Assembly: GCA_963674755.2 (NCBI GenBank)
Contig: CAXXVS010000001.1
Location: 288,001-352,000 of the forward strand
Reading direction: 5' to 3'
Length of the DNA stretch: 64,000 nt
Origin: Desulfobacterales bacterium
GTDB lineage: Bacteria > Desulfobacterota > Desulfobacteria > Desulfobacterales > UBA5852
In this document: positions 18,219 through 28,371 of the stretch, in pieces
How positions within the stretch are numbered: the stretch's first letter is position 1
Layout: every line of letters starts with the position of its first letter
Notes under the pieces: generated by a model
The model's database searches: none
Told to the model about the DNA's origin: nothing
Seen by the model: the letters and a program-made list of their open reading frames with translations, nothing else
Made by a program: the position numbers and the translations under genes

Positions 18219-20204
18219 ATGGAACAGGGACCGCTTTTCGAACCGTTCGTTATCGGCGACTGCCGAAGCCGGAACCGGATTGCCGCCCTGCCGTTGTTTA
18301 CGGGCTATGCCCGACCTGACGGGGGGGTGACCCCTCTGCTGCGCGAGCATTATTGGCGGTTGGCGTCTTCCGGGGCCGGTCTGGTGGTGGTAGCCAATGT
18401 GGCGGTCTCCGAGGACGGGCGCACGTCCCGGCGTTCGCTGCGCATCGACGATGATCGCTTTGTGCCCGGACTGACCCGCCTGGCGGCCACGATCCGGCAG
18501 CGCGGGGCCCTGGCCTGCATCCAGCTCAACCATGCCGGACGGTTTGCCACCACCGCGCGCCCCCTTCTGCCGGCGCCCTTTGCCGCTTCCCATTTGGATC
18601 ACGATATCGCGGCACTGAAATCCTTCATGCAGACCTTCCCTTTCAGCGACCGTTTCGGTCTGACGGCCCGCTTCATGAAGATGAGCGCCAAATGGCGCAC
18701 GGGCATGACGCCGGCCGATCGCGAGCGGGTGGTGGGCGATTTCGGCCGGGCCGCCGGGCGGGCCGCGGCAGCCGGCTTCGATATGATCGAACTGCATGGC
18801 GCCACGGGATATCTCCTGACCCAGTTTCTCTCGGCTTTCTCCAATCAGCCGCCCGGTCCCTGGTCGGGGGATTTCCAGCGGCGTGTCCTTTTTGTCCGGG
18901 ACGTGGTGCGGGCCGTGCAAGAGGCCCTTCCCAAGGGCTTCCCCATCGGATACCGGCTGCTCGTACACGAGTGGGTTCCCGAGGGCATCGACCTGGAAGA
19001 GGCCACGGCGCTGGCCCGCGTTCTGGAGGGATTGGATATCGCTTATCTATCCGTCAGCGCCGGGACCTATAACTCGATGTTCAACCCCGAGGCCGTCCAA
19101 GCGACCCGTCGCCCGGCCTATCTGCTGGCTGAGGGGCAACATTTGCGCAACGCCGTAAAAACGCCGCTGATCCTGGGCGGGCGGGTGTTCCGACCGGATA
19201 TCGCCCGCCGGGTTCTGGCGCGGGGCGCAGCGGACATGGTGGGGCTGGGCCGCCCCCTGCTGTCGGATCCCGGTTGGCTGGAAAAAGCCCGCACGGGTCG
19301 ACGCGTGACGGTCTGCATCGACTGCCGGCAGTGCCTCAAGCGGGTGATCCAGGAGAAAGGGCTGGCCTGCGCCCGCTGGCCGGAAATCGAGATTGAACGG
19401 GTGGACCTGGAATGCGTCCTGCATGTCCGGCTGAATGCCTGCCTGCTGTTTACTTCCGGGAAGACGCTCGATGTGCCGCCCGAGATGCTGCCGCTCAGCT
19501 TGACGGGGCCGGAGGGGGTGGAAGAACACAAGATCCGCCTGGTCTACTTTATTCCCGGCGATGACACGGGTGAGCCCTTTCGCAAGGCTTCCGAGCACCA
19601 CGCGGCCCGGGTCCGCCGTCACTGGCACGCTATCGGCCAGCGCGATTCCCTTCTGGAAGCGGTGTTCAAGGCGGCTGATCCGCCGTGGCACGATGAACTG
19701 CTGGCTAAAGCCCGCCAGGACGGCTTTGGCATGCTGGTGCTGGTGGACGGCCGTGACGTGCGCCGGGGCGAGATCCTGGCCGCCAAATGGCGTGAGGGGG
19801 TGTTCATGGCCCTGGCCCAAGGCGATCCGGCCAAGAAGGTTTTTGTGGCGGTCGATCTATCCCCCGCGACCTATATCCTGCTGCGTTTTGTGGCTTACGC
19901 GTTTTTAGGTCGGCCCGGTTTCCGCTTTCGCTTCGTGCACGTCCTGACCGGCTCTCCGCAAGCGGCCCGGGCGCGCTGGTCCAAAATGCTGCCCCTTTCG
20001 GGCTGGGATGCGGACATGCCCCTTGACGTGATGCCGCCCGGGCCGGGCGGGGTGGCCCAGATCCTCCTGGAGGCTGCCGCCGGTTGGGATTTTGTAGTGG
20101 TGGGCCGGCGTGGAATGTCGCGGATCAAATCGCTGCTGCTGGGCAGCGTTTCCCGCCGGATCCTGCGGGCGGCACCGGATGCCACGGTGGTGATTGTTTC
20201 CTGA
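18219..20204 (+). CDS. NADH:flavin oxidoreductase (Old Yellow Enzyme family) fused to a C-terminal universal stress protein domain
   Basis: IQLNHAGR, AGFDMIELHGATGYLL, GRPLLSDP and CxxCxxC..C cluster; C-terminal VFVAVDLS...VVVGRRGMSRIKSLLLGSVSRRIL USP signature; SD GGAGGT. Confidence 0.85.
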   Translation: MEQGPLFEPFVIGDCRSRNRIAALPLFTGYARPDGGVTPLLREHYWRLASSGAGLVVVANVAVSEDGRTSRRSLRIDDDRFVPGLTRLAATIRQRGALACIQLNHAGRFATTARPLLPAPFAASHLDHDIAALKSFMQTFPFSDRFGLTARFMKMSAKWRTGMTPADRERVVGDFGRAAGRAAAAGFDMIELHGATGYLLTQFLSAFSNQPPGPWSGDFQRRVLFVRDVVRAVQEALPKGFPIGYRLLVHEWVPEGIDLEEATALARVLEGLDIAYLSVSAGTYNSMFNPEAVQATRRPAYLLAEGQHLRNAVKTPLILGGRVFRPDIARRVLARGAADMVGLGRPLLSDPGWLEKARTGRRVTVCIDCRQCLKRVIQEKGLACARWPEIEIERVDLECVLHVRLNACLLFTSGKTLDVPPEMLPLSLTGPEGVEEHKIRLVYFIPGDDTGEPFRKASEHHAARVRRHWHAIGQRDSLLEAVFKAADPPWHDELLAKARQDGFGMLVLVDGRDVRRGEILAAKWREGVFMALAQGDPAKKVFVAVDLSPATYILLRFVAYAFLGRPGFRFRFVHVLTGSPQAARARWSKMLPLSGWDADMPLDVMPPGPGGVAQILLEAAAGWDFVVVGRRGMSRIKSLLLGSVSRRILRAAPDATVVIVS

Positions 20205-20253
20205 TACCCGTGATTTCGCCGCATTGTTCAGGGATTTTTTCCATAAGCATTCT

Positions 20254-20452
20254 GTTACTTTTCTTGCGCGCGCAAGAAAAGTAACCAAAAGAAGGCCTCC
20301 TGTCACGCGCCCTTCGGGTTCGCCTGCGCGTCGGGGCTGTGGCCGGACGCGCCGAAACTCGCCCCGCCTCCGCCAAGGCTACGGCGGGACTCAGACAATC
20401 GCCGCGTCTTGATCGCCCACATCCCCGATGCTCGGCCGCGTGACAAAGGGGT
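20254..20452. repeat. REP-like palindromic element
   Basis: Perfect 32-bp palindrome gttacttttcttgcgcgcgcaagaaaagtaac (20254-20285), followed by a tgtcacgcg...cgcgtgaca-bounded structured segment. Confidence 0.65.
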
Positions 20453-20460
20453 CCGCTATT

Positions 20461-20524
20461 TCGAGGATTGAAAACGCGCGAGAACGCCGCCAGGGGCCGA
20501 AAGATGCTATTTATGGATGGACAC
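20461..20524 (-). repeat. Fragment of MITE family A overlapping the M24 peptidase stop
   Basis: Reverse complement reads gtgtccatccataaatagcatctttcggcccctggcggcgttctcgc, the left end of family A. Confidence 0.75.
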
Positions 20525-21716
20525 ACTGAACAGCCTCATCAAAGCAGGTGATTTGCTCCAGGCCGTCCTCACCGACGATGTGGGTGTTTTCGATGCCCAC
20601 CACGCCCTTGCCCGGAAAGATCAGCTTGGGCTCCAGGGCGATGGTCATGTCTTTTTCCAGGGGCATCTCCTGGCCTTTGGCCAGGAAAGGATATTCATCC
20701 AGCTCCAGCCCGACCCCGTGGCCGATGAAGCGGATGCGCTGCTGGTCCGCGCCCATGAACCACGCGGCGTAGCCCTGGTCCGCAGCCCATTGGACAGCAA
20801 AATCGTAGAGATCGCCGGCCGCGACCCCGGGCCGGGCCCGTTGCTTGAGGAGCCCTTGCAGGGTCAGCATGGCCTGGTGGGCTGTCATCAGGTCGTCGGG
20901 AAGGTCTCCCAACGCGAAGATGCGGGTGTGGTCGGCGATATAGCCCTGCCAGGCAAAGACATAGTCCAGCAGAATCGGCTGGTGGCGTTTGATCCGGGCG
21001 AATCCGGCCCCCTGGGCCACGGCCGCGCTGGCGCCCGCTCCACCGGTGGGCGAGGCCAGAAAGCTCGGTTCAGCCGCCGAGGGGCCTGCCATGAGGTGCC
21101 CGTAGAACATTTCGCCGCCCCAGATGCGCATGCGGGCCAGGCCCTGGTGGCCCCGCCGGCGGGCTTCGGCCTCCACCTGGCCGGCCAGTTCGAGTTCGGT
21201 CATACCCTCCCGGATGAGGTGACCGGCGGCTCCGGCCACCTCGTCGGCCCGCACGGCGGCCTGTCGCATGATGTGGTGCTCGTAGGGAGATTTGACCGCC
21301 CTGACCAACCGGATGAAATGGGATACGTCCTCTATGGCGACGCCTTCGAATAAATGCCGATAGTTCAGATACAAGGCGGCCGGGATGACGTCCATTTCCA
21401 GCCCCAACACCTTTCCCATGCGCAACCCGTGAGCCTTGAGCAGGTCGGGGATCTGGCGGGGGCTTTGCAGCGGAACGATTTGCGGGAGAGGCGATTCGGC
21501 TCGGGCCCGGGCGAAACTTTTACGGACCATCAGCAGGGGGGCGCCCTCGGCCGGAATGTAGAGATGCGCCTGTTGAATCGTGCCGGCGAAGTAAAAGAGA
21601 TCGCTGTTCTGCAGGATCAGGGCCCCGTCCATCTCCCGGGCGGCTAGATGCTGCTGAAAACGGCGGATGCGCTGTTCAAGTTCTTCCAGGGGGGTGCTCG
21701 GTGCTGTGGGATGCAT
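20511..21716 (-). CDS. Xaa-Pro aminopeptidase family (M24) protein
   Basis: Creatinase N-domain; LLD....GYIADHTR, GHGVGLELDEYP, ALEPK and GIENT metal ligands; SD AAGGAGG before ATG 21716. Confidence 0.92.
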   Translation of the reverse strand: MHPTAPSTPLEELEQRIRRFQQHLAAREMDGALILQNSDLFYFAGTIQQAHLYIPAEGAPLLMVRKSFARARAESPLPQIVPLQSPRQIPDLLKAHGLRMGKVLGLEMDVIPAALYLNYRHLFEGVAIEDVSHFIRLVRAVKSPYEHHIMRQAAVRADEVAGAAGHLIREGMTELELAGQVEAEARRRGHQGLARMRIWGGEMFYGHLMAGPSAAEPSFLASPTGGAGASAAVAQGAGFARIKRHQPILLDYVFAWQGYIADHTRIFALGDLPDDLMTAHQAMLTLQGLLKQRARPGVAAGDLYDFAVQWAADQGYAAWFMGADQQRIRFIGHGVGLELDEYPFLAKGQEMPLEKDMTIALEPKLIFPGKGVVGIENTHIVGEDGLEQITCFDEAVQCVHP

Positions 21717-24102
21717 GCGCTGCCTCCTTATGGGTTGGGCCACGGGCGGCCCAGAAGGTTTCAAGATAGGATGCTACGGGGTGGCCGAACCGGGGTAGGA
21801 CCGGGCGCCATTCATTCGGGAAGAGATCCTGGTAGCGGCGGGTGGCAAAGCGGCTGTCCACCAGCAGGACCGATCCCCGGTCACGGGAGGTGCGGATCAC
21901 CCGGCCCACCGCCTGCAATACCCGGTTGAAGCCGGGGTAGCGGTAGGCGAAATCAAAGCCGGCCTGGAGCTTGGCTTCGAAATGATCCCGGATCAGGTCG
22001 CGCTCCAGGCAAATCCCCGGCAGCCCCACACCCACGATGGCCGCCCCGGAAAGCCGGCGCCCCACCAGATCGATGCCCTCCCCGAAAATGCCGCCCATCA
22101 CCACGAAGCCCACCAGGGTTCCGGGGTTGTCTCCTACAAAGTGCTCCAGAAAGGTTTCCCGGGCCTTTTCGTCCATATCGCGGGACTGCACGATGGTGGG
22201 GATTTCCGGGTAGGACGCCCGGAAGACTTCGTGCACCATGGTTAGATAGGCATAGGACGGAAAGAAGGCAAGGTAGTTGCCGCGTTCGCCCCTGACCAGG
22301 TGACCGATGGCCTCGGCCAGCCGCTGCTTGGTCTGCTCCCGGTCGCGGTAGTAGGTGGAGATGCGCCCTTCCACGATGAGGCAGAGATTTTCCGGTGGAA
22401 AGGGTGATGGCAGGCGCAGGAACACGGTTTGGTCGTCACCGCCGAACAATTCGTTGAAATAGGCAAAGGGGGTCAGCGTGGCCGAAAATAAGACCGCGCT
22501 CCGGCCGCGCTGGAGGGCTTCAGTCAGTTGATCGGCAGGATCCAGGCAGAAGAGCTTGACCTCCAGATCCTTGCCGTCGCTGATGGTGCAGGTGGTGTAG
22601 CTCGAATCGAAACGCTCCGCCACCCGCAGGAAGGCCGATACGTCGAAGAAGCGCTGGAGGAGATCCTCCTTCCAGGGGGCGGGTTTGTTTTTCACCAGCC
22701 ATTTTTCAGCCCGGCGGTGAAAGGACAGCAGGGGGGGCAGGAGGTCGTCCGGCAGCGTCGGGGTAGCGGCCTCCCCGCCAGCCGCCAGGCAGTCCCGTCG
22801 GGCCGCCACCATCCAGGAATTGATGCGGCCCAGGGCGCGGTAGAGGGGGCGGTGATTGTCCCGCAGGGCCTGCCGCAAGTCCAGAAAGGGCTGTTTGTGC
22901 AGCACGGCCGAAAACATCTCCCGGGACCGATCCACCAGGTTGTGGGCTTCATCCACCAGAAAAGTGTAGGCCTCGCCGTCATCGTTGAAAAAGCGGCGCA
23001 GGTAGACCCGGGGATCGAAGGCGTAATTATAGTCGCCGATAATGGCATCCATCCAGAGGGCCATGTCCAGGCTGAATTCGAAGGGGCAGACTGCAAAGGC
23101 TTCCGCCAGGCGGGTAATCGTGTCCCGCGTCAGGGCGTCCTCCTCGAAGGCTGCTTCCCGCGCCTGCTTCAGGCGGTCATAGTGGCCGTGGGCCCGCGGG
23201 CATTCTTCGGGGCTGCAGGCGGCGTCGGGGTGGGGGCAGATTTTTTCCTTGGCGGTCAGGGTCAGGCTTTTGAGCTGCAGGCTGTTTGCGCGCAGGAGGG
23301 CCAAGGCCCTTTCGGCGGCCTGCCGGCCGGTGGTCCGGGCGGTGAGGTAGAAGATTTTCGCGGTCAGCTCCTCTCCCAGGGCCTTGATGGCAGGGTAGAG
23401 GGCCGCCATGGTTTTGCCGATGCCGGTGGGGGCCTGGATCATGGCCCGCCCTTCACTTTGAATCGCGCGGTAGGCCGCAACGGCCATCTGGCGCTGCCCC
23501 GCCCGGAAATCCGGGAAGGGGAACGCCAGTTCCCGGACGGACTGGTTGCGCCGGCGGCGCCATTGTTCCAGGCCATTGGCCCAGCGGCCATAGTCATCGA
23601 GCAGGACCGCCATGAAGCGTTCGAGGGCGTCCATGGTGATCGTCTGGCGAAGCTCGCGCGTCTCTTCGGTGGTCAGGTGGTAATAGGTGAGCTGGACGTC
23701 CACTTCGGTCAAATCGTGCTGCCGGGCGTAGAGCCAGGCATAGGCCTTGACCTGCCCCCAGTGCAGGGGGTCGGGGTTTTCTTCGAGCTTATCCAAGTCG
23801 CGATGGGTGGACTTGATTTCATCCACCACGACCCGGTCGGCGTCGTAAAAAACGCCATCAATACGGCCGGTTATCGTCAGGATGAAATCGGCGGTTTCCA
23901 TTTCATGGTATACGGCCACTTCCGACTGGTAGCCGGCGGGGCGCGCACGCTGGATGCGCTGATGGGCCCGGATTCCCTCCAGAGAGCGTTGGGCGCCGGC
24001 GAAGGTCGACTCCAGGTCGCCGCTTTGCAAAACGAAGGCCACCAGCGTGCGAACGGCAACGGACAGGCGGGATTTCAAAAAAATCGCTTTCGATTTCAAC
24101 AT
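21676..24102 (-). CDS. DinG/XPD-family ATP-dependent DNA helicase with N-terminal PD-(D/E)XK nuclease-like domain
   Basis: GRIDG...DEIKS...Q...YA nuclease motifs; QAPTGIGKT, Fe-S cysteines (CPH..C...C, CPFE), VDEAHNL, FSATL, EGIDL, QAVGRVIR. Confidence 0.92.
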   Translation of the reverse strand: MLKSKAIFLKSRLSVAVRTLVAFVLQSGDLESTFAGAQRSLEGIRAHQRIQRARPAGYQSEVAVYHEMETADFILTITGRIDGVFYDADRVVVDEIKSTHRDLDKLEENPDPLHWGQVKAYAWLYARQHDLTEVDVQLTYYHLTTEETRELRQTITMDALERFMAVLLDDYGRWANGLEQWRRRRNQSVRELAFPFPDFRAGQRQMAVAAYRAIQSEGRAMIQAPTGIGKTMAALYPAIKALGEELTAKIFYLTARTTGRQAAERALALLRANSLQLKSLTLTAKEKICPHPDAACSPEECPRAHGHYDRLKQAREAAFEEDALTRDTITRLAEAFAVCPFEFSLDMALWMDAIIGDYNYAFDPRVYLRRFFNDDGEAYTFLVDEAHNLVDRSREMFSAVLHKQPFLDLRQALRDNHRPLYRALGRINSWMVAARRDCLAAGGEAATPTLPDDLLPPLLSFHRRAEKWLVKNKPAPWKEDLLQRFFDVSAFLRVAERFDSSYTTCTISDGKDLEVKLFCLDPADQLTEALQRGRSAVLFSATLTPFAYFNELFGGDDQTVFLRLPSPFPPENLCLIVEGRISTYYRDREQTKQRLAEAIGHLVRGERGNYLAFFPSYAYLTMVHEVFRASYPEIPTIVQSRDMDEKARETFLEHFVGDNPGTLVGFVVMGGIFGEGIDLVGRRLSGAAIVGVGLPGICLERDLIRDHFEAKLQAGFDFAYRYPGFNRVLQAVGRVIRTSRDRGSVLLVDSRFATRRYQDLFPNEWRPVLPRFGHPVASYLETFWAARGPTHKEAAHASHSTEHPPGRT

Positions 24103-24380
24103 GGAAGGTTATCTGTGGATGGGCGGCATCGCCACCGCCAGACAGATCAAGCAGAGGTGAGGGTAAAGGATTCCGGCGCATGAAGTCAAGACTTTGAAGG
24201 TCGCGCCTGCATGTTGACGGCTGAACGGCGCCGGGCGGTCACGCCAGCGGTTCGGTTCTGAAAAGGGCGTTAATCGGCGCTTGATTCCAGACGGGTGACA
24301 GGATAAGGAAAGGGGGCACAGTGGTTTGGGATCTGCCCTTAATCAATCCTGTTTTTAGGGATCATGCCGGAACGGGCGCC

Positions 24381-26834
24381 ATGCAAGGCGGCCCAGCGGA
24401 TGCTATGGCGCGTCCTCAAGATAGTCTGGAAAAGGTAGGTGCACGGGATGTACAGGATCGTCCATTGAGCGAAGAACAACGCTATCGGGCATTGGAAGCC
24501 CGCGTTCGACAGCTCGAAGACGAGCTGCAAAGTGCCCGGCGTTCCGAGGCGGCTACCCTGGAAAGACTCGCCCAGTATCGGATCCTTGCCGAAAACCTGA
24601 CCGATATCGTCTGGACGCTGGATACCGATCTGAAGCCGACTTTTGTCACGCCGTCCGTCAAGACCCATCTCGATTATACCGTCAAGGAAGTGATCGGCCG
24701 GCCGTTTCCCGACTGGCTGACCCCGTCCAGCCGCGAACAGCTGCGGCATGCCCTAAAACGCCTTCAGAACGGCGTTCCTTCCGCCACCATGGATCTGGAA
24801 CATATCCAGCGCAACGGCAACAGCTTATGGTTCGAATGCCAGTTGTCCGGTTTGTTCGACCCCCATGGCGATTTGACCGGCTACATTTGTGTATCCCGCA
24901 ATATCGACCGGCGCAAGCAGGCCGAAAGCGCTTTGCAGCTCAGCAACGCCCTTTTCCAGACGGCTTTTGCCATCAGCCCGGATGCCGTGACCCTCAACCG
25001 GATGCGGGACGGGGTCTATACCATGGTCAACGAAGGCTTCACCCTGCTAACCGGCTACCCGCGGGAAGAGGTGCTTGGCAAAACCACCGAGGAGATCGGT
25101 ATCTGGGCCGATCCCCGGGAGCGTCAGCGCCTGGTGGAGGCTCTCGACGAGGCCGGCTCCATGCGGAACCTGGAAGCGTGTTTCCGGGTCAAGGACGGCG
25201 GCTTGCGCACCGGCCTGGTTTCCGCCAACCTCATCATCCTGAACCGCCAGCCCTATGTGCTCTCGATTACCAAGGATATCGACACCTTCAAAAAGGCCAA
25301 GGAAGCCCTGACGGAATCGGAGGAGAAGTATCGCACCCTGATCGATACGGCGAACGATGCCATTTTTATTCTCCAGGACGGTGAGGTGAAATTCCCCAAT
25401 CCCAAAGCGCGGGCAATGGCCGATAGCATGGGCGTGGATTTGAACCGGCATTCCTTTTTCGAATATGTGGCACCGGAAGATCAGAACATGATTCTGGAGC
25501 GCCACTTCCGGCGCCTGAAAGGCGACAAAGTCCCCAGCACCTACAATTTTCGCCTGCTGCGCGCCAACGGGGAAACCTTTTGGGTGGAAATCAATGCCGT
25601 GCGGATTCTCTGGGAGGGCAAACCGGCGACCCTCAATTTCATTCGGGATATCGACGATCAGGTCAAGCTCGAAGCTGAATTCCAGCACGTCCGCAAAATG
25701 GAGGCCGTGGGTACCCTGGCAGGCGCGATCGCCCATAATTTCAACAATCTACTGATGGCTATCCAGGGTAATGTGTCCCTGCTGCTGCTTGATACCGAGC
25801 GGGATGACCCCCGCCACGAGGAGATACAGAAAATTCAGGAGCACGTGGAGAGCGGCGCCCGTCTGACATCCCAACTGCTGGGATATGCCCGCAAGGGCAA
25901 ATACCGCATCCGCTCCCTGGACTTCAACGGTTTGATTACCAAGACCGTGGCCTCTTTCCGCCAGTCCAATCCCACCGTCCAGATATCCATCCACCTGGCG
26001 AGCGACCTCGATGCGGTGGCCGGGGATCGGACTCAGCTCGAGCACGTGCTCTTCAATATCTTCAAGAATGCGGCCGATGCCATGCCGGAAGGTGGCGAGC
26101 TGTTCGTCAAAACCATGAATATCAGCTACCGCCAGATCCGCAAACGGAATTATAAAATCAAGCCGGGCGAGTATATCATGCTGGTGATTGCCGACACCGG
26201 GGTGGGGATGGAACAGAAAGTGCGCCGGCGCATCTTCGAGCCTTTCTTTACCACCAAAGAACTCGGCCGGGGCACGGGCTTGGGCCTGGCGTCCGTTTAC
26301 GGCATCGTCAAGGGCCACGGCGGCTACATCGATGTGGATTCCAAGAAGGGTAGCGGCGCCACTTTTTTCATCTATCTGCCCACCTCCACGCGACCGATCG
26401 AAAAAACCGACTACAAGGATGAAAGTGTCATCCAAGGCAGCGGCTGTGTCCTGGTGGTGGACGATGAACCCGCCGTCCTGGAAATCAGCGGGAAAATGCT
26501 CCAAAAGCTTGGTTTCCGGGTGTTGGAAGCCTGCAGCGGCCGGGATGCCTTAAGCGTCTATCGCCAGAACCGGCAAATGATCGATCTTGTCATTCTGGAT
26601 ATGATCATGCCGGATATGGGCGGGGGCGAAGTCTACGACCGCATGAAGGAGATCGACCAGAACGTCAAGGCCATCCTGGCCACGGGCTACAGTCTGGACG
26701 GCGAAGCCTCCCGTATTCTGAAAAAAGGCTGTGACGACGTCATCCAGAAACCCTTTAGCATCGATCGCTTGTCCCGCGCCATTTACCAGGTCCTAAACGT
26801 TTCCAATAGTGATCGGGAGAAGTTACCTGTCTGA
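24381..26834 (+). CDS. Hybrid sensor histidine kinase with three PAS domains and a receiver domain
   Basis: Three PAS/PAC repeats, AHNFNN H-box, NAADAM, DTGVGM, FEPFFTTK, GTGLGL; receiver VVDDE...LDMIMP...KPF; start uncertain (24321/24381/24405). Confidence 0.93.
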   Translation: MQGGPADAMARPQDSLEKVGARDVQDRPLSEEQRYRALEARVRQLEDELQSARRSEAATLERLAQYRILAENLTDIVWTLDTDLKPTFVTPSVKTHLDYTVKEVIGRPFPDWLTPSSREQLRHALKRLQNGVPSATMDLEHIQRNGNSLWFECQLSGLFDPHGDLTGYICVSRNIDRRKQAESALQLSNALFQTAFAISPDAVTLNRMRDGVYTMVNEGFTLLTGYPREEVLGKTTEEIGIWADPRERQRLVEALDEAGSMRNLEACFRVKDGGLRTGLVSANLIILNRQPYVLSITKDIDTFKKAKEALTESEEKYRTLIDTANDAIFILQDGEVKFPNPKARAMADSMGVDLNRHSFFEYVAPEDQNMILERHFRRLKGDKVPSTYNFRLLRANGETFWVEINAVRILWEGKPATLNFIRDIDDQVKLEAEFQHVRKMEAVGTLAGAIAHNFNNLLMAIQGNVSLLLLDTERDDPRHEEIQKIQEHVESGARLTSQLLGYARKGKYRIRSLDFNGLITKTVASFRQSNPTVQISIHLASDLDAVAGDRTQLEHVLFNIFKNAADAMPEGGELFVKTMNISYRQIRKRNYKIKPGEYIMLVIADTGVGMEQKVRRRIFEPFFTTKELGRGTGLGLASVYGIVKGHGGYIDVDSKKGSGATFFIYLPTSTRPIEKTDYKDESVIQGSGCVLVVDDEPAVLEISGKMLQKLGFRVLEACSGRDALSVYRQNRQMIDLVILDMIMPDMGGGEVYDRMKEIDQNVKAILATGYSLDGEASRILKKGCDDVIQKPFSIDRLSRAIYQVLNVSNSDREKLPV

Positions 26835-26899
26835 GGCGGCACCTTGTCTGCCATCATCCGTTCCCCCCTAAAAAGTCGTGCCTGTAAAGGAGGAAGATT

Positions 26900-27220
26900 A
26901 TGCCGACCTGGATCGTAACCTTGGCTGTTTGCTGCTTGCTATGGGCGGCACCGCTATCCGCCGCCGAAGACAAACCCATCGGACAGACCCTGGGCGAAGC
27001 CGGTCGGGCCATTGTGGACGATTCCCGGAAGGCTTACGAAACGTCCAAGGATTTTGCCGTTGATACCGGACAAGCCATTTCGGAAGGCGCTCGGGAGGCC
27101 TACGAAGAGGGCAAGCACATGGGTCCCAAAATCGCCGAGGATATCAAGCAAGGCTTCCAGGGCGGCCGCCAGGCGCCGGATCCGACGAATGAAACCGCAC
27201 CGACGGCGGAAAAACCGTGA
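26900..27220 (+). CDS. Hypothetical exported protein
   Basis: SD AAGGAGG; signal peptide; amphipathic helical body; stop overlaps the next start. Confidence 0.75.
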   Translation: MPTWIVTLAVCCLLWAAPLSAAEDKPIGQTLGEAGRAIVDDSRKAYETSKDFAVDTGQAISEGAREAYEEGKHMGPKIAEDIKQGFQGGRQAPDPTNETAPTAEKP

Positions 27221-28161
27221 AGGCGGTCCAGTTTGACCGCTACGGCGCTCCGGAAGTGATGACCTGCCGTGAAGTCCCGCAGCCGGTGTGCAAACCCGGG
27301 GAGCTGCTGGTACGGGTGCACGCCGCCGGGGTGAATCCCAAAGACTGCCTGGTGCGCAAGGGCAAATTCCGCTGGTTTACCGGGTGGCACTTTCCCCTGG
27401 GATTGGGCCATGACTTCGCCGGCACGGTGGAAGCTGCGGGGCACCAGGTGGACGCCTTCCAGGCCGGTGATGCGGTCTACGGCATGACCAACGGCTGGAA
27501 AGGCCGCACATACGCGGAATTTGTGGCGGTGCGGGCCTCGGAGGCCGCCCTGAAGCCCCAGACCCTGGGATTTGAAGCGGCGGCGGCCGCGCCGCTGGCG
27601 GCCCAGACCGCGCTCCAGGCCCTGCGGGACATTGGCCGCACGACGGGCGGCCAACGCGTCCTGATCAACGGCGCCTCGGGTGGGGTGGGGACTTTTGCCG
27701 TCCAGATCGCCTCCCTTCTGGGGGCGCACGTCACGGCGGTCTGCAGCGGTCGGAATGCGGACATGGTCCGGCAACTGGGCGCCCACACGGTCATCGACTA
27801 TACCCGTGAGGATCTGAGGCAGCTTTCTGCGCCGGTCGATGTGTTTTTCGATGTATTCGGCAATTGCCGCTTTCCGGATACCCGCATGATGATAAAACCC
27901 AAGGGCCGTTTCATTACCACCGTACCCGGTGCGCCCATTCTGCAATGGGACCTCATGTCACGTCTGTCCGGGGGGCCCCAGGCCCGTCTGGTGGTCGTCA
28001 AATCCCGCACAGCCGACCTGCAGGCCATTTCCGCCTGGATTGCGACGGGCCGGTTGTCCCCGGTGGTCGACCGGATTTTCCCGCTGGAAGCGGTCCGGGA
28101 GGCCCATGCCTATATCGAAACCAAACGGGCCCGGGGAAAAGTGGTTCTGCGCGTGGCCTGA
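27217..28161 (+). CDS. NAD(P)-dependent oxidoreductase, MDR/quinone oxidoreductase family
   Basis: AGVNPKD, GHDFAGTV, INGASGGVGTFAVQIA, RARGKVVL. Confidence 0.92.
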   Translation: MKAVQFDRYGAPEVMTCREVPQPVCKPGELLVRVHAAGVNPKDCLVRKGKFRWFTGWHFPLGLGHDFAGTVEAAGHQVDAFQAGDAVYGMTNGWKGRTYAEFVAVRASEAALKPQTLGFEAAAAAPLAAQTALQALRDIGRTTGGQRVLINGASGGVGTFAVQIASLLGAHVTAVCSGRNADMVRQLGAHTVIDYTREDLRQLSAPVDVFFDVFGNCRFPDTRMMIKPKGRFITTVPGAPILQWDLMSRLSGGPQARLVVVKSRTADLQAISAWIATGRLSPVVDRIFPLEAVREAHAYIETKRARGKVVLRVA

Positions 28162-28371
28162 AAAGACCCGTCGCTCATCAGCATTCCTGGGGTGAGGAAC
28201 GCCCGGGCCGCCGTGGCATCTGATACCGGCCAATCGACTGGACGCCGTCGATGGTCCGCCGCGGCCGCTTTTGAAAACGATGGCGTGGGGATTGGCGGTG
28301 AGGAAGGAATCGCCCGGAAGGCGTTGCGCCGCAGCAATCTCCGGGGAAGAACGGGAAATGCCGCGGGAATC

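Noticed and set aside
22528..24183. 551-aa plus-strand ORF
   Set aside because: Antisense shadow of the DinG helicase
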